NCBI GenBank assembly: GCA_030141605.1
Contig: JAQGDQ010000142.1
Span: 447,333 to 511,332, forward strand
Origin: Tubiluchus corallicola
Taxonomy: Eukaryota; Animalia; Priapulida
Direction of reading: 5' to 3'
DNA: 64,000 nt
Shown here: piece after piece, positions 1 to 23,075 of the stretch
Position numbering within the stretch: position 1 is the stretch's first letter
How the letters are laid out: each line of letters begins with the position of its first letter
Made by a program: the position numbers and the translations under genes
The notes under the pieces: model-generated
What the model was told of the DNA's origin: nothing
What the model saw: only the letters and a program-made list of their open reading frames with translations
The model's database searches: none

Positions 1-229
1 TTCTCATACAAAAATTTAATGTAGATGATGTACTGCATGACAATTTTAATATAAAAAAGCTTTAAAAAGTTGTTTAGATAAAAGCAGTTCCTGGCGAAAC
101 AGGCAATTTTTGGTGTCTCTACCTGTGAGCAAACGTCATGTGAATCACTGTGCACCGATGGTCAATACTGCGTGAACACTGCACAAAGTGCTTCAATGTA
201 TTTGTTCAATAATTAGATAAGATGCTTGC

Positions 230-3200
230 CTTTTGTAAGTTCTTTTGTGAATTTCACAGGTTCCTTCATTGATTCGCGCAGAATATCGCTGGATTGATCT
301 TGAAATGGTAATTTTCCACACAACATTCCATACAGACACACTCCTAAATTAGAAAGAAACTGTAGAAATAACGGCATGGTATGATATGTAGGAAACTTAC
401 GTTAGAGCCGTGTCTGTATGCTGTGCAGGGGCGTAGCTAGGTTGTAAAGTTAGAGGAGCAAGCACATAGAAGGCGCCATGACACATACCAAGCAATTTTT
501 AACGCACTGATTATGCATTTTAGTTTTGAATTTAAAATCAAATCAAGGGCAAAATACCGTTTTAAAGGAAGTACATAATTGCCATTTTGTATTATTTTAA
601 AATTAAAACGCAAAAAATTGCAGTAGGCTCATCAATCTCAAAACAATGAAAATATGTTATATTATTTATTTATTTTAATTTTAAATGTAAAATGAAAACA
701 AAACGAAGCCTATATTATGAAAAATGTATCCCGAAGGCACTACAACAGTGTCTTTCGTCCAGGGCTTCATTCTAGCAAAGTCAGATAACTTTATTACAAT
801 TCCTTTCAGTAGCCAACTCTCTTTCAATGGAGAGCAAACCTAACCCAGGTAATTTATCCTCGTCCACGGCAGAACGAAGGTAGGACATTATCTGTTTCAG
901 CCGACTAAAGGATTGTTCAGCTACAGCGCTAGGTGTTGGTACAATGTGGACAGGGTAGCATAAATGGAACACATGTCACTGACAATCGTGAATTTAAATA
1001 CATTGTTGATGGTCAGTTTCTCAACACTTGAATTTGACGCTCATTTCAAAAACATGGGAGGGATGTTGTTCAAATAAATAAAGTAATGGCTCCAGAAAAT
1101 TCTTCCAGTGCTGTGCGATTTAAAAAACCAAACAAAAAAGATCCGACTTTTATCGCACAAGTGAACTACAGAGTTAAAAAATTTGTTATAAAGGCGCCAA
1201 TTTTGAAAAAATCTGCTCAGGGGTAACTGTTGCTCCCCTATTAGCTTACGCCAATGGCGCTGTGTACAAGTGATCTTGCTAACTACAAGATAATATTACA
1301 AACGACTGCTACATTCAATCTATTCGGAGAAAGAAATACTTCTGTAGTTGGCACGGAAAGAACTTTTCACGTTCCGGTATGAAAAACAGCAATTCGTTCA
1401 AAATCGACATTAACAACCAGCGACAGGGATTTGTATCTTCACATATCAAACTTTTTGACAGTTGGATCAGAATTTAGCGAAAGTTTATACTGGGACAAAA
1501 TTTCATAATATTGCAGTAAAAAAGTAAGACAGCTTTCACAACTAATGGAAATACTAACACAACTGCTTTTGAATTTACTATTCTCAAATAGCAATTCATA
1601 AAAGATCATATTTTTTTAACCGAAAACGCTCCTCGCTTTGACATTTAGTGGCTTTGTATGATAACAATGTTTGTAATTAATCATGTCAATTAGTTAGTAT
1701 ATGCATTTCCATAAGTTATTATGGGAAGATCTTGGGTAGATACGCAGGGGAAAGAGTTAAGAGTTACATCATTATTTAACCTCAGAGAAGCGTTCCATTG
1801 GTCTTTGACGAGAATGATGTCGTAGAAGTTAAACTGTATTTTTCTCAAGAAACGTGGACTTAAATTTTACCAAACCAACTAACTAATGGGTTTACCCATG
1901 CTCCATACATCAGCTAGTTCGCCCGAATACTCTGTTTCCTCTAACACTTCTGGACAACCGTACACGTATGAGCCACACCGGGTATTGAGTAAGTCCGAGT
2001 CAGTCTTCTTGCACGCAAAGCCAAAGTCTAAGCAAAAATAAAACATGTTTAAATTATTACTCATCATCATCATCAAGAGCCTATTGCACCTGTTGTAGGA
2101 TAGTCAGAGCTCTAAAATGAAAGAAATCTGCTCTCAAGGCAGTAAAATACAACAGTACTTCAGCGAAAAACTAGACAATACTGCTATCCCAGTAGCGTGT
2201 CAGACCACTTCCGGCGCTACTGTTAAACTATAATAATAGTGTATTAGCATTCTGTACTGTTTCTAACTAAATTAATTAGCAGATCGATTTCGGCGATTTT
2301 TCAATAACATACAGACAATGAAACTTTTTAAAACAGTTTTTCTGGTGAACTTGCATTTACTGTTAAAGAAACGTAGTTTTTCAACTACAAATTTCCACAA
2401 GAAAATGTAAGCGAACTCACCACAAAGCTTGAGTGTATTATTGGTGTGATCTAGCAAGATATTCTCCAGTTTAATGTCTCTGTGATACACACCCTGCTCG
2501 TGTAAGTAATTAACCACCTATCAAGGGACGCACAATAACGCAATTAATTCAAAAATACATGAACCCAAATCGTATGCACACGAATCCTGACCAGTTAGTC
2601 TCTGCCATAAAATGTTGACCTTGACCTCTGGCCTTTAGTCTGTCATGCAGTGCAGAATTTGACCTCAGACATTTAGTCAGTCAAGTGTTCATTCAAGTCA
2701 CGTTGGTAAAACGTTTTCTTGGCTTGATATTTGTAACTCCAGCTTCAGTGACGTTTCATTTTGTAGTGACCTTGACCTCTGCTTTTTATCTTCTTATTCG
2801 TGCACACTTGGAGAAGAACAGAAGGACTGGTGAAACGCTTTAATTAAGATTTTGTAACATTAGTTCAGGTGTCTCAGGAATTTTAGACAGACGGACGAAC
2901 AAACAAAACTGAAAATTGTGATTACAGAGCTCCCATAAGAGACCTTAATAGGAACACCCTCGTTAAGTCTATTGAAATTATTCATTTTTAAATACAGACG
3001 AACAGATAGACAAAGAGAGAGAGAGATAAAGAAAGAATGGGCAAGAAATGGGGAGAGAAACGAGGGAAAGAGGGAGAGGTTTTATAAATATATACTATAT
3101 ACATTCTTACTTCTAATAGCTGTCTAAACATCCGCAATGCATCGATCTCCTCCAGAGGTCCATGCTCCTCAATTCGTGTGAGAAGATCACCATTTGCAAC

Positions 3201-3574
3201 ATACTCCATGATAATGTAGATGGCAGCATGTGTCTCAAACGCCTCGTAAATTTCTACCTGGGAGAAAGAACAGATTTAAGTTTTCGTACTTAAATTACTT
3301 CTCGCACTCAGGTGGCTTACGAGTTGTGCGTAGCAGTTATTGATTTTTAGTTGGTCATTATTTCAAGTACAAACCCCACGAAAGTTACCTAACGCAATAA
3401 ACCCCTATACTTACGACTCTAGGATGCCGAAGATTGTTTAAAATGTTAATTTCTCTCGTTACAAATTTCTTGATGATGGCTTTCGGTAAGCGTCGCTTGA
3501 AGATTATTTTGACTGCAACCTAAGAGAAAAAACAGGCTTCATCGTGCTATATAATAATATGTAATAATAAAAGC

Positions 3575-3669
<95 letters not shown>

Positions 3670-3880
3670 TTACAACCCTGTTTTGACTTACTTCTTTATT
3701 CATTTTAACACTGTGAGCAATTTTAATTTTTGAGTAGCTGCTCTCTCCAATGGTTTTCCCCAGCTTGTATCCATATCGTTCTAACACGTTGCGTTTCTTC
3801 TTATCAGGATGCCAGCTTTCTTCATGGTACACCAAAGCCAGGGTACCATCATCCACTAGCTTTACACACGAATCGATCAT
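230..3880 (-). CDS. Testis-specific serine kinase (TSSK)-like Ser/Thr kinase, CAMK group; 3' end runs off the window
   Basis: Exons 3692-3880, 3415-3519, 3111-3257, 2421-2517, 1896-2027, 230-343 join in frame with GT-AG introns. Motifs: GYKLGKTIGESSYSKIK, VAVK, KFVTREI, HRDIKLEN, DFG, TRCGSYVYGCPE, DVWSMGVCLYGMLCGKLPF. Subdomain XI is not in the window. Confidence 0.85.
426..1256 (-). mobile_element. Non-autonomous hAT-like DNA transposon retaining a transposase C-terminal (dimerisation) fragment, in kinase intron 5
   Basis: Imperfect TIRs CAGGGGCGTAGCTA...TAGCTTACGCCAATG; 8-bp flanks ATGCTGTG/GCGCTGTG (6/8 match); internal ORF 781-972 'SAVAEQSFSRLKQIMSYLRS..LGLLSIE' resembles the hAT dimerisation motif. 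Confidence 0.75.
3575..3665. repeat. (CT)n microsatellite in kinase intron 1
   Basis: Directly visible; explains the RERERE tail of ORF 3539-3880. Confidence 0.95.
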
Positions 3881-3978
3881 TGGAGATGATTTAATCTCAC
3901 CGCTAACAGATTTTCATTATAAAAAACGATTATTAAATTTTCTTCGTGTTCAGCATGTTAACCCCATTCTTTGCAGCA

Positions 3979-4046
3979 GCTGCCATGGCTACAGAATGAA
4001 AGATGCTATGACAACTGGAGTCACTTGGCAAAAGATTATGACGTCA
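3979..4046. promoter_or_regulatory. X-box (RFX)-like palindrome and perfect CRE upstream of the kinase
   Basis: GCTGCCATGGCTAC (3979-3992, 12/14 match to GTTGCCATGGCAAC) and TGACGTCA (4039-4046), ~100-165 bp upstream of the ATG. Confidence 0.5.
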
Positions 4047-4912
4047 CCGCATGAGAATTACCACTGGTAATTATTATTCGTAGACGACTTTGCCAAAATT
4101 ATCATCATCATCATCATCATCAAACACTCTTTTACTAACCGTCAAAATTTTCCTAGCATTAAGTGCATATCTGCCCGCTTCAAAATCTTCATTGAAACTG
4201 GTTTGAAAAACGTCAAGTTCGGTAATCTCAGATAGTATAAAATAATAGAAAAAAATTCTGCAAGCAAATTATGACAGTGGTGACAACAGTTGTCAATCTG
4301 CTTAACCGGGTGTAACAAATTCTACTGAAGGTTTAAATTTGCTTGAAATCACGTGTGCTTCGAACGATTGAATTATAAATAATTAAGCTTGTGCAAGACT
4401 TAAACCGGTTACTGAAAATTCGACTTAATAAATTATAAATTTACTAAATTCAGACACAAGTTGTTTTTAAGGAATTTAAGATAGCTAAAAAGATAAATGC
4501 AAATTAACTGACATGCCTAATATCACAAAATATTACAGAAATGTTAATTAAATCAAATTGCAATGCTTCTATGTAAAAATTATAATATTATAGGCGTATA
4601 AAATGCGGGAGTATAATTCAACCGTCAAACTTTTTGCCATTTTATTGTATCTGACTGTCTGTAAACGTTAACGCGCAGTTAATAAGTTCGTGAACTTAGC
4701 ATACAGTAGAAGCATGACGTTTCTCGTTGTCAGATGAAAACTTGGCTCGAGTCGCAACACTAAATTTCGTTTTGCTTGTTTGGCGGGAGTTTAAGGATTT
4801 TTTGGCACACTGCCAACTGCAGACCACGCCTAGTCTGCGTGCCACCCAATGGACGTTAGGTCTGCTGATACTGCTTTGTTTATTTTGGCGCAGGGGCACG
4901 TTGTCCTTTTAA

Positions 4913-11354
<6,442 letters not shown>

Positions 11355-12756
11355 ACGGGACACTCCTGAGATGAACGCTGCAAAGGTTTATGTTGAACAT
11401 GCTGAACATTGCCATGGAAGTAAATTCATGTGCTAATGAATGAACGATTGTGCATGTGTAAGTCAACGGATGCTGAGATGTACTTGCTGTCCTGATGCTA
11501 ACAGACAGTTTAGTTTGATAATGAATGTTATCCTCTTCAGCACAACCTTTTAACCTAGCAAATGTGTTTTACTCTCATGTGAACAGGAATGTGGTTTTTG
11601 TGAACTTGTTACTGGCGTGTGTCGTCAAGTCATGGCAACAAATACAGATAGAACTATATTATTATTTAACTTCAATATGAAAAAAATCCTTTTCAATTTT
11701 TATGGTACTTATCAATTTTTTTAATATGCCAAAATTTTATAAATCGTACTGTATGCAGTTTTTATTTACTGTAGTATCCTTGGGGCTGTCTGGTAGTCTG
11801 TTCAACACAAGTCGTTTGCTATTTTCTAAATAGCTCTCCATTTGCCTTAACCTAATGCATTTTTAAGTTATAACGTGTATTTCGCCTGGTACTAAACCCT
11901 TTACTGAAGACTTTTATGATGTGCTAAAATGATGAGTATTAAATAATTAATTAACATTTTCTTTAATTAACATTACGAACGTGACTTGTAAATATGGTAA
12001 GACAAAGACTCATTATGTGAATTAATATGTGCAGTAGTACTCAGAATTAGTGTGCTACACCACATTGACAGATATATAATTATGTTTTGGCTCAAGCTTG
12101 TCGGGCCTTGCCAGAAGATTTTCAAATATAATTTTTTTGCATTGCTGAATGATTCATTTAACTTAAAATAAAATTATAACTTTGAAAACAGAGGCTCGGG
12201 AGTCTAAAAATCCAATTTTAAAGAAGTGGCCATTATTTCAGATAAAGGCAATTAGCTTAGGTGTCCCAGAATGTCATAATCCAGCCTTGGTCATAGTGTT
12301 TTAACTATAAAAAGAATGTACTAAGTGATATAAGTAAACATATGTCATGAGGTTTGTTGGTATTGTGCTGACTACATGAGCTTGTGCATATTACTGTAAT
12401 CATTTTTGCCTCCTGAGTTTCAGTTATAATTGTCTTTAATGGCATTTTATGTTGTCAGTTTTTGTGTAGGATAATGAATAAAGTTAAGTGACTGTCATAA
12501 ATCTTACATTCTCGTCTCTTTGATGTAATTTCGTGTTTTTGTAATTGCTAGTGCACATTTGGCTTGTAAACCTAATTGCGAATTTATCTGGATTGTGGTT
12601 ATTCTGTTAACCCAAGTTCCCACTAAATGTTTGCTAATTTACCATATTTCGCAGTTCCAGTGATTGATGATGATCGCGAAAGGTCAAAGGTTAAGTGTAC
12701 CAGGCATTGCATTTGTATACACTTGACAACGCCTTGCAGCCAATGCTATGTGTAGT

Positions 12757-12992
12757 TTAACAGTTAGCTAGAACCTTACCTAGTTCATTTTTTCCTGTTC
12801 CTAAGCAAGATGTTGCTAGTAAATCACTCTATGCACAGTCTATGCATAATTAAGTAAAGCCCACGTAAAACAACTGAAGTTACTAAACTAATGCAGCAGA
12901 CGGCTTTGCTTTACTTACATGTCACATAATGGTTGTAGTTCAGACGTGTTGCTGTGGTACAGTTAACCTTTGACCTATAGCAACTGCGGTGG
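12757..12992. repeat. Dispersed repeat, second copy at ~44803-45035
   Basis: Collinear blocks TTAACAGTTAGCTAGAA, GCTAGTAAATCACTC, CCACGTAAAACAAC and TACAGTTAACCTTTGACCT occur in both copies. Confidence 0.8.
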
Positions 12993-13753
12993 TGGTTAAT
13001 AAAACTGTGGCTGTTAAAAATCCTTAAATATTTGGCTTGCAGTTTTGCAGATTGCAAATACCGCTTTGTGCGTTTTCGCGTATACTTTCGACTTGTAATT
13101 ATGTGCTGCCATCTAGCACTAAGAAAACTGCGTAACGTACGGTTGAAAATGCAGTTCTGCACCCGGTGGCTTGTAATTAGGTGTTGCCATCTAGTGCTGA
13201 GAAAACTGCCTAACGTACAGTAATAAAAATACTGCATTGAAGGTCAAATCTGGAGCTTCCATGTTAACTCAGTGACTTAGTCTTGTGTTCGTAATATTAA
13301 TAAGAGAATTATCAATATAGAAACACTTGGTGTAGTCTCTATTGACTAAATGGCGCGTGTTAGGTGATACACGATGAAGTTAATCCCACAGATTAGACAA
13401 GGCGAGCCGTAACAGTCTTATTCTTATTTTAGCTGCCGTACCTGACTTTACGCTTTTAGGTCTAGTCTTCTCAACAGACTAACCTTATAAGATATCATAC
13501 AGTTAAAAACACCGTATCATCGATACAGTGCCTTAGTTCAACATTTTGACCAGAGTTTCAAAGTCCTACTTTAGGTTGCAATTGCACTGAGCCAAAGAAC
13601 TTTCAAAACAGTGAAAGTTATAGTCTAAGTCAGGCTTTCACGTTACTGTCAATCTTAGATAAAGCACATATATATTAAACATTTAAGCATATATATTATT
13701 TAAAAAAATTAGGATCTTGAACTTCAGTTTTTGTTAAACTGGTTGCTGCTGAA

Positions 13754-17851
<4,098 letters not shown>

Positions 17852-18716
17852 AAAAAGTTCATGACTAAAAAGAAAAATGGTGAAATCGCTAACTACGAAT
17901 AATATAAAATCACTTGAAATATGCATCTGGATTATTTGTATTGTATATGCAAAATACATAATGTGCGTTTGTTTTATTACTATTGTCATTTTTGTTGTTG
18001 TTGTTGTTATTATTACTGTTGTTGTTATTGTTGTTTATTTATACATATATTTTTGTTTTTCAACAAAGGTCATGCACCTCAAAATTTAACCAAATATCTT
18101 TTTTCTTTTCTTCTAAACTTTCCTTCTCTTTTTTCTTTTCTTTTTTTCTTTTCTTTTCTTTCCCTTTCTTTTCTTTCCCTTTTCTTCCCTTCCTTTCTCT
18201 TCTCTTCTTTTCATTTCTTACCTTTTGCTTTCCCTTCATTTTTTCTTTCCTTTACATTTCTTTTAATGTGGAGTTTTCATTTATCAAAAAAACAAAGGTT
18301 TAGATGCAGACGCAAGAAAAAATTAACAGCTAAAAAAGAAAAAAGAGGGAGACAGGGAATAAACATAAAAACAGAAGTATAAAATGACGTTAGTGAGCCA
18401 CTGTCATACTTGAAAATTATTATTTTGATTTCTGTCCAGGTTTTTGGGATAAGCAATACTGGAAGAGAATCACCAAGTAATACGCTCCTTATGTATTAAT
18501 GCACTTGTAAGTACCTAGGCTTCTCCATCTAGGCATTTCAAACTCGACATGCAACTGGTCTTTTCTTGTCCTTTAATGTGTTTACGTCTCTACAGTGGTT
18601 TTAGTAAGAAAGTAAGCCTAATTGCAGCCAGATCTGCCTGGCCAAGCGTAACTTAGCTAGGTAAACCTGTGTAATTTCTAGTGTGCACCCTGCAAATCTT
18701 TGAAATTTTTAAATGT

Positions 18717-19325
18717 TTAATGGAAGACAGGATGATTTTTCATATACTAACTCATTTTCAAGTACGGTAAAAAGTATACATTTTAACACCAATGATACTA
18801 TAAAAGCGTTTCTGATAAGTAAATAATAGATTAAAATCCTAATTAACGACGGGCGAGCCAAACTAGTGATGACATCACAAACCAACATAGGGTATTGCAC
18901 AAGGGTATTGCACGTGTTTTCGAAAGTGAAAACTGAAGTTCAATGCTACTATAAGAGATTCAGTGTGTTGTAATAACACTCGGCAAGTATTAAGATAAAA
19001 ATCCAAATTTGAAATTTACCGCTGTACTCACGCATGAGCTGTCGAACGTGTGCAGTTCGTCACAAACTAACACATGTGAACTGAGAAGTACAGCACCTGT
19101 TTTTGTGCAATGCGTTTCCGAAATGCAGGCGCTAGTGCCCGTCTAACTAGCGAATGGCGAAATGCATTGAACAGCTAAGACCTAGTGGCGCGAACGGAAA
19201 TTGTGTTGGAGTGGTAATAATTGTTTTACGTAAGTCATTCTTTAAAAACAGTACGTTTCCTTTCAATATTTTAAAGAGCAGGTTGCTTTGGCCTACAGTT
19301 TAACATTGCGTGCGGTTTTGCTTTA
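18717..19325 (-). mobile_element. TTAA-flanked ~600-bp non-autonomous DNA transposon, family A (Kolobok-like), copy 1, inverted relative to the other copies
   Basis: TTAA at both ends; short imperfect TIRs; internal GCACTAGCGCC and CATTTCGCCATTCGCTAGTTAGA blocks shared with four other copies. Confidence 0.8.
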
Positions 19326-20248
19326 ATGATATCTTGATGTCTACTGTTTAGGGGATAAATTGTGTCATCTAAAACATTGAGGTTGAGACTGTTAGTATTT
19401 AAAGTGTTATTGCTGAATTTGTTATTGTATCAGAGAATGAAATTATCCAACTATGCCTGACACGCAACCAACATTAGTAAGTGGTCATCCAATGTAGATA
19501 GACACACGTGTTATGGTTGTCTAGCTGTCTGGAGCTGTGGATGCGCATTCCACTCATTTGACAAACTTTCCGAGGCTCTCAGATAAACTGTTTTGTAGTT
19601 TAAAACAATTGCCATAATCCGCCTGGTCACTTCACTTGCAAGTCGAAAATAATTCAATGAAGGTCAACACACCTTCATATAATGACGAAACTTGCTTTTT
19701 ACTGACTAAAAACGCATAAAAAAGCCGCAAAGCCGGTTGTAAAAAAACAATGCATTTTTTTACTTCACAGCCGAAAAGCCAACTTTTCCGTTGGTACTAT
19801 TCAGAATTAAGCTACGACTATACTTCTTGTTGTTGCTTATTCCTGGTCAAGATATTTGAATATTTCCGGGAAGCATAAAACTTCAACTTTTGTAGGGTAA
19901 TAATTTTGTAATTCGGCACCGCACTTTCTAACACCGGCCCTGAAAAAGGTTAACTTTTTACGTTGACTAACTGCAGTCTACTGTTCTTCGACTGCACTTA
20001 TTTGTTGAGAAACGTTTTTGCTAACTATGCATGTTTGATCGCTTGGTGGAATGTGAGCCAATTCTGCCTGTCCAAGCGTAACTTAGCTAGATATGCCTAA
20101 AGCATTCCTCAATATAGTACACTGAACTTATAATACAATGCTTAAGTTGTGTCAGTAGCTCTTGTGGGTGATTTTGATTGTAGCGTCTGTTACTTTTGTG
20201 CCGTTGAGACCGTCTACTGCTGCTGTAAAAGCCCTAAAAGTGTAAACT

Positions 20249-21676
20249 ATGGAACTTGAAGCATCTGATATGCAAACGACTGTGGCACCTAGTGGCCGCA
20301 ATGGCAAATTGTGGAAGAAAAAACTGAAAGTGCTGAAGGACATTATATTAATCAGTGTTGCTTTTATGGTACTTTTCACGGCATTTCAATCTGTGCAGAA
20401 CTTGCAGAGCAGCTTAAACCGAGACGAGGGATTAGGAGTGGCTTCGCTAAGTATCATATATGCCTCCCTGGTTCTCTCGTGCCTGTTCCTGCCTAATTTT
20501 GTCATCGATAGACTGGGTTGCAAGTGGACAATAGTCATTGCTATGTTGGTGTATGGATTGTACATGTTAGCAAACTTTTATGCATCATGGTATACTCTGG
20601 TTCCTGGTGCTATACTATTAGGCGCAGCAGGTGCCCCCTTGTGGTCTGCCAAATGTACCTATCTTACAGAAATCTCCCCGGAATATGCAAATTTAGAGGG
20701 GGTAACTACAGAAACAATTGTCAATCGATTTTTCGGCATTTTCTTCCTATTCTTCCAGAGTGGACAAATTTGGGGAAACCTAATTTCCTCCTCTATATTT
20801 AAAGTTACGGCACCTAACGATACCATACCTGTGGAGGTAGCAATGTCTTACTGTGGAGCAGCGTTTGATAGTTCTACTAGTGAGGGCAGCCTCAGCGATT
20901 TCAAAAACATTACAAACCCAAACTTGAAAAGACCACCTAACTCTCGGGTCATGCTTTTAATGGGAATTTATTTTGGCTGTGCAGTGGTGGCAGCTTTTAT
21001 AGTAGGTGTCGGCGTTAACCCTTTGAAAAAGGACATGGGTAAAAACATAAAACGTGGAATAGATTTCAGTCTGTTCATTGCAACAGTCAAGCATTTAAAA
21101 CATGTGGATCAGTTACTTCTTATACCTTTGACAATATACAGCGGTGTAGAACAAGCATTTATAGCTGGAGATTATACACTAGCATTTGTTTCGTGTAGCT
21201 TGGGTGTCCACATGGTGGGTTATGTGATGATTACTTTTGGAGTCACCGATGCTGCCGGGTCGTTTCTGTCAGGTCGGTTAGTGCAGTATGTCACTCGAAT
21301 TCCCATTTTTACATTCGCATTCCTAGTTCATTCGGCAACAGCATTCGTTCTTTTATACTGGCGACCAGATCCAAGCAAAATTGTCGTTTTCTTCATCCTG
21401 GCAGCTTGCTGGGGTCTCAGTGATGCAGTGTGGCAAACCCAGATCAATTCCTTGTATGGTGTTTTGTTTGGCCACAGTGCCACAGCAGCATTTGCAAACT
21501 ACAGACTTTGGGAAAGTCTTGGCTTTGTGGCTGCATATGCTTACAGTAAATTCTTAAGTACCAAGGTGAAACTGTGGATTGTGATTGGCAACTTACTAGC
21601 AGGAGCTGTAGGCTATACTGTTGTAGAAATTAGATATTATGTAACTAAACAGAGAGACACTTATGAACTGAAGTGA
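20249..21676 (+). CDS. UNC93A: UNC-93 homolog A (MFS-like membrane protein), 475 aa, single coding exon
   Basis: FMVLFTAFQSVQNLQSSLN, GCKWTI, GAPLWSAKCTYLT, FFGIFF.FFQS.QIWGNLISS, YSGVEQAF, DAVWQTQ and AAFANYRLWESLGF motifs; many hydrophobic segments. Confidence 0.95.
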   Translation: MELEASDMQTTVAPSGRNGKLWKKKLKVLKDIILISVAFMVLFTAFQSVQNLQSSLNRDEGLGVASLSIIYASLVLSCLFLPNFVIDRLGCKWTIVIAMLVYGLYMLANFYASWYTLVPGAILLGAAGAPLWSAKCTYLTEISPEYANLEGVTTETIVNRFFGIFFLFFQSGQIWGNLISSSIFKVTAPNDTIPVEVAMSYCGAAFDSSTSEGSLSDFKNITNPNLKRPPNSRVMLLMGIYFGCAVVAAFIVGVGVNPLKKDMGKNIKRGIDFSLFIATVKHLKHVDQLLLIPLTIYSGVEQAFIAGDYTLAFVSCSLGVHMVGYVMITFGVTDAAGSFLSGRLVQYVTRIPIFTFAFLVHSATAFVLLYWRPDPSKIVVFFILAACWGLSDAVWQTQINSLYGVLFGHSATAAFANYRLWESLGFVAAYAYSKFLSTKVKLWIVIGNLLAGAVGYTVVEIRYYVTKQRDTYELK

Positions 21677-23075
21677 TAACAGTATTCTTTGATTTTGTCT
21701 GTTCATGTTTAAGTTTTCAGCACTGTCTCGTTTATTTCACTACTATCTTATTTGTTTACCATGTCTTAATAAAATATCTATGTCGTATTGGGTTTTGTTT
21801 CATTTTTCACACGTGCAAATCATAATTCCACCGTCCAGTAGCCTGGCTGTAGCCACTAAGCCATCTACTTAATACAACGACAGCCTGTTGTTATTGTTGT
21901 CAAAATAAAAATTGTATTGCTTAATAATATTTTTTCTTTTCTTGTTTGCTGATGTCATAATAAGATCCGCATATAAGCATGTTATGTGCATAAAGTTAAC
22001 TAATACCTCAAGGAATTCATAACGCCTTATGATATAATGTTCACTTTTCTTACACTTACAACAAATTACACAAGCAAACTGAGATTCAGCAAAATGGTAA
22101 AAATATAGCTTTTGTTATGTGGTGTTTAGTATAACATAAAAGCTAACTATTTGACGTAGGCATCAACAGAATTTCCAGAGCATATCTCTGCATTTGATGC
22201 CTTGAAGAAAGTTTCTTTCTCATTCTACGATCTAGACAAAACTTCGTCAGTGGTCCCCTTATGGCAAATGGTCGCAAAATTTCGATTTCCACAGCACTTC
22301 ACCAAATGTAGTGTGTGTCTGTTACTACTGCCTACTAGGGGAAGGTCTGTAGCCATCCATTGACGAAGCAGACATATGTACTGAGCCATGCTCCAGGAGA
22401 TACAGCGCGGATGGTACCAAGGTGTCACAGTTTTATATAAATTTGTGCCCCTGGTGACTTCGTGCCTAGACCAGAAACTCTGCTGCTGTCGTCCATGAAC
22501 TCCATTAGGCTGCTGACAGTATAGTCCCTGCACTAACCTCTCAAGGGCTTCACAAGCAGTTTCGGATGCTTTTGCCCGTGCTTACCAATTTTTCAGTTAA
22601 CTTTTCAGTCAATAAAATGAAGGTGCTATAACAGTCAACACCAGGTACCCCGAAACCTCCACTGCAAATCAATGCTGCCATTAGTGCAATGATGCAGTGG
22701 AACAAGTCAGCAAGTACAAAACATTCAGAAACATCCATGGTAATATATATTTCCTTGACCAAGTGTTTATATAAGCACACCCAAGCAGTTCATGTTTCTT
22801 TTGAAAAACTAACTCTGTCTGTCTTCTACAACTGTGATCTCGCTGGTGCTACTTAGTTCAAGGTATTCCACGTTGCTGTACCTCCATCAATGTTATATGG
22901 ATGCACGTATGCACATGTTGATACAGACATCACATAAGTACCATATCAGAAGAAAGAATGGTTTCACTTTGCTGAACTTTGATGTATCCTTGACATGTGG
23001 TTGGATAACTATAGTCAACACTGAAAGTCTCAAGCTTACGCCCAAAATGAATCACCACCGAATCCGCCATCCTGG

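Noticed and set aside
3750-4070. 106-aa + strand ORF
   Set aside because: Antisense shadow of kinase exon 1 and its promoter; no recognisable motif.
12911-13237. Overlapping ORFs with an internal repeated peptide
   Set aside because: Caused by a ~78-bp duplication within repeat-derived DNA.
17877-18382. Hydrophobic 70-153-aa ORFs
   Set aside because: Products of (GTT)/(TTTC) low-complexity sequence downstream of MGST1.
22200-23060. Coding-like minus-strand ORF fragments
   Set aside because: Possibly a decayed transposon gene, but I could not recognise a family or an exon structure.
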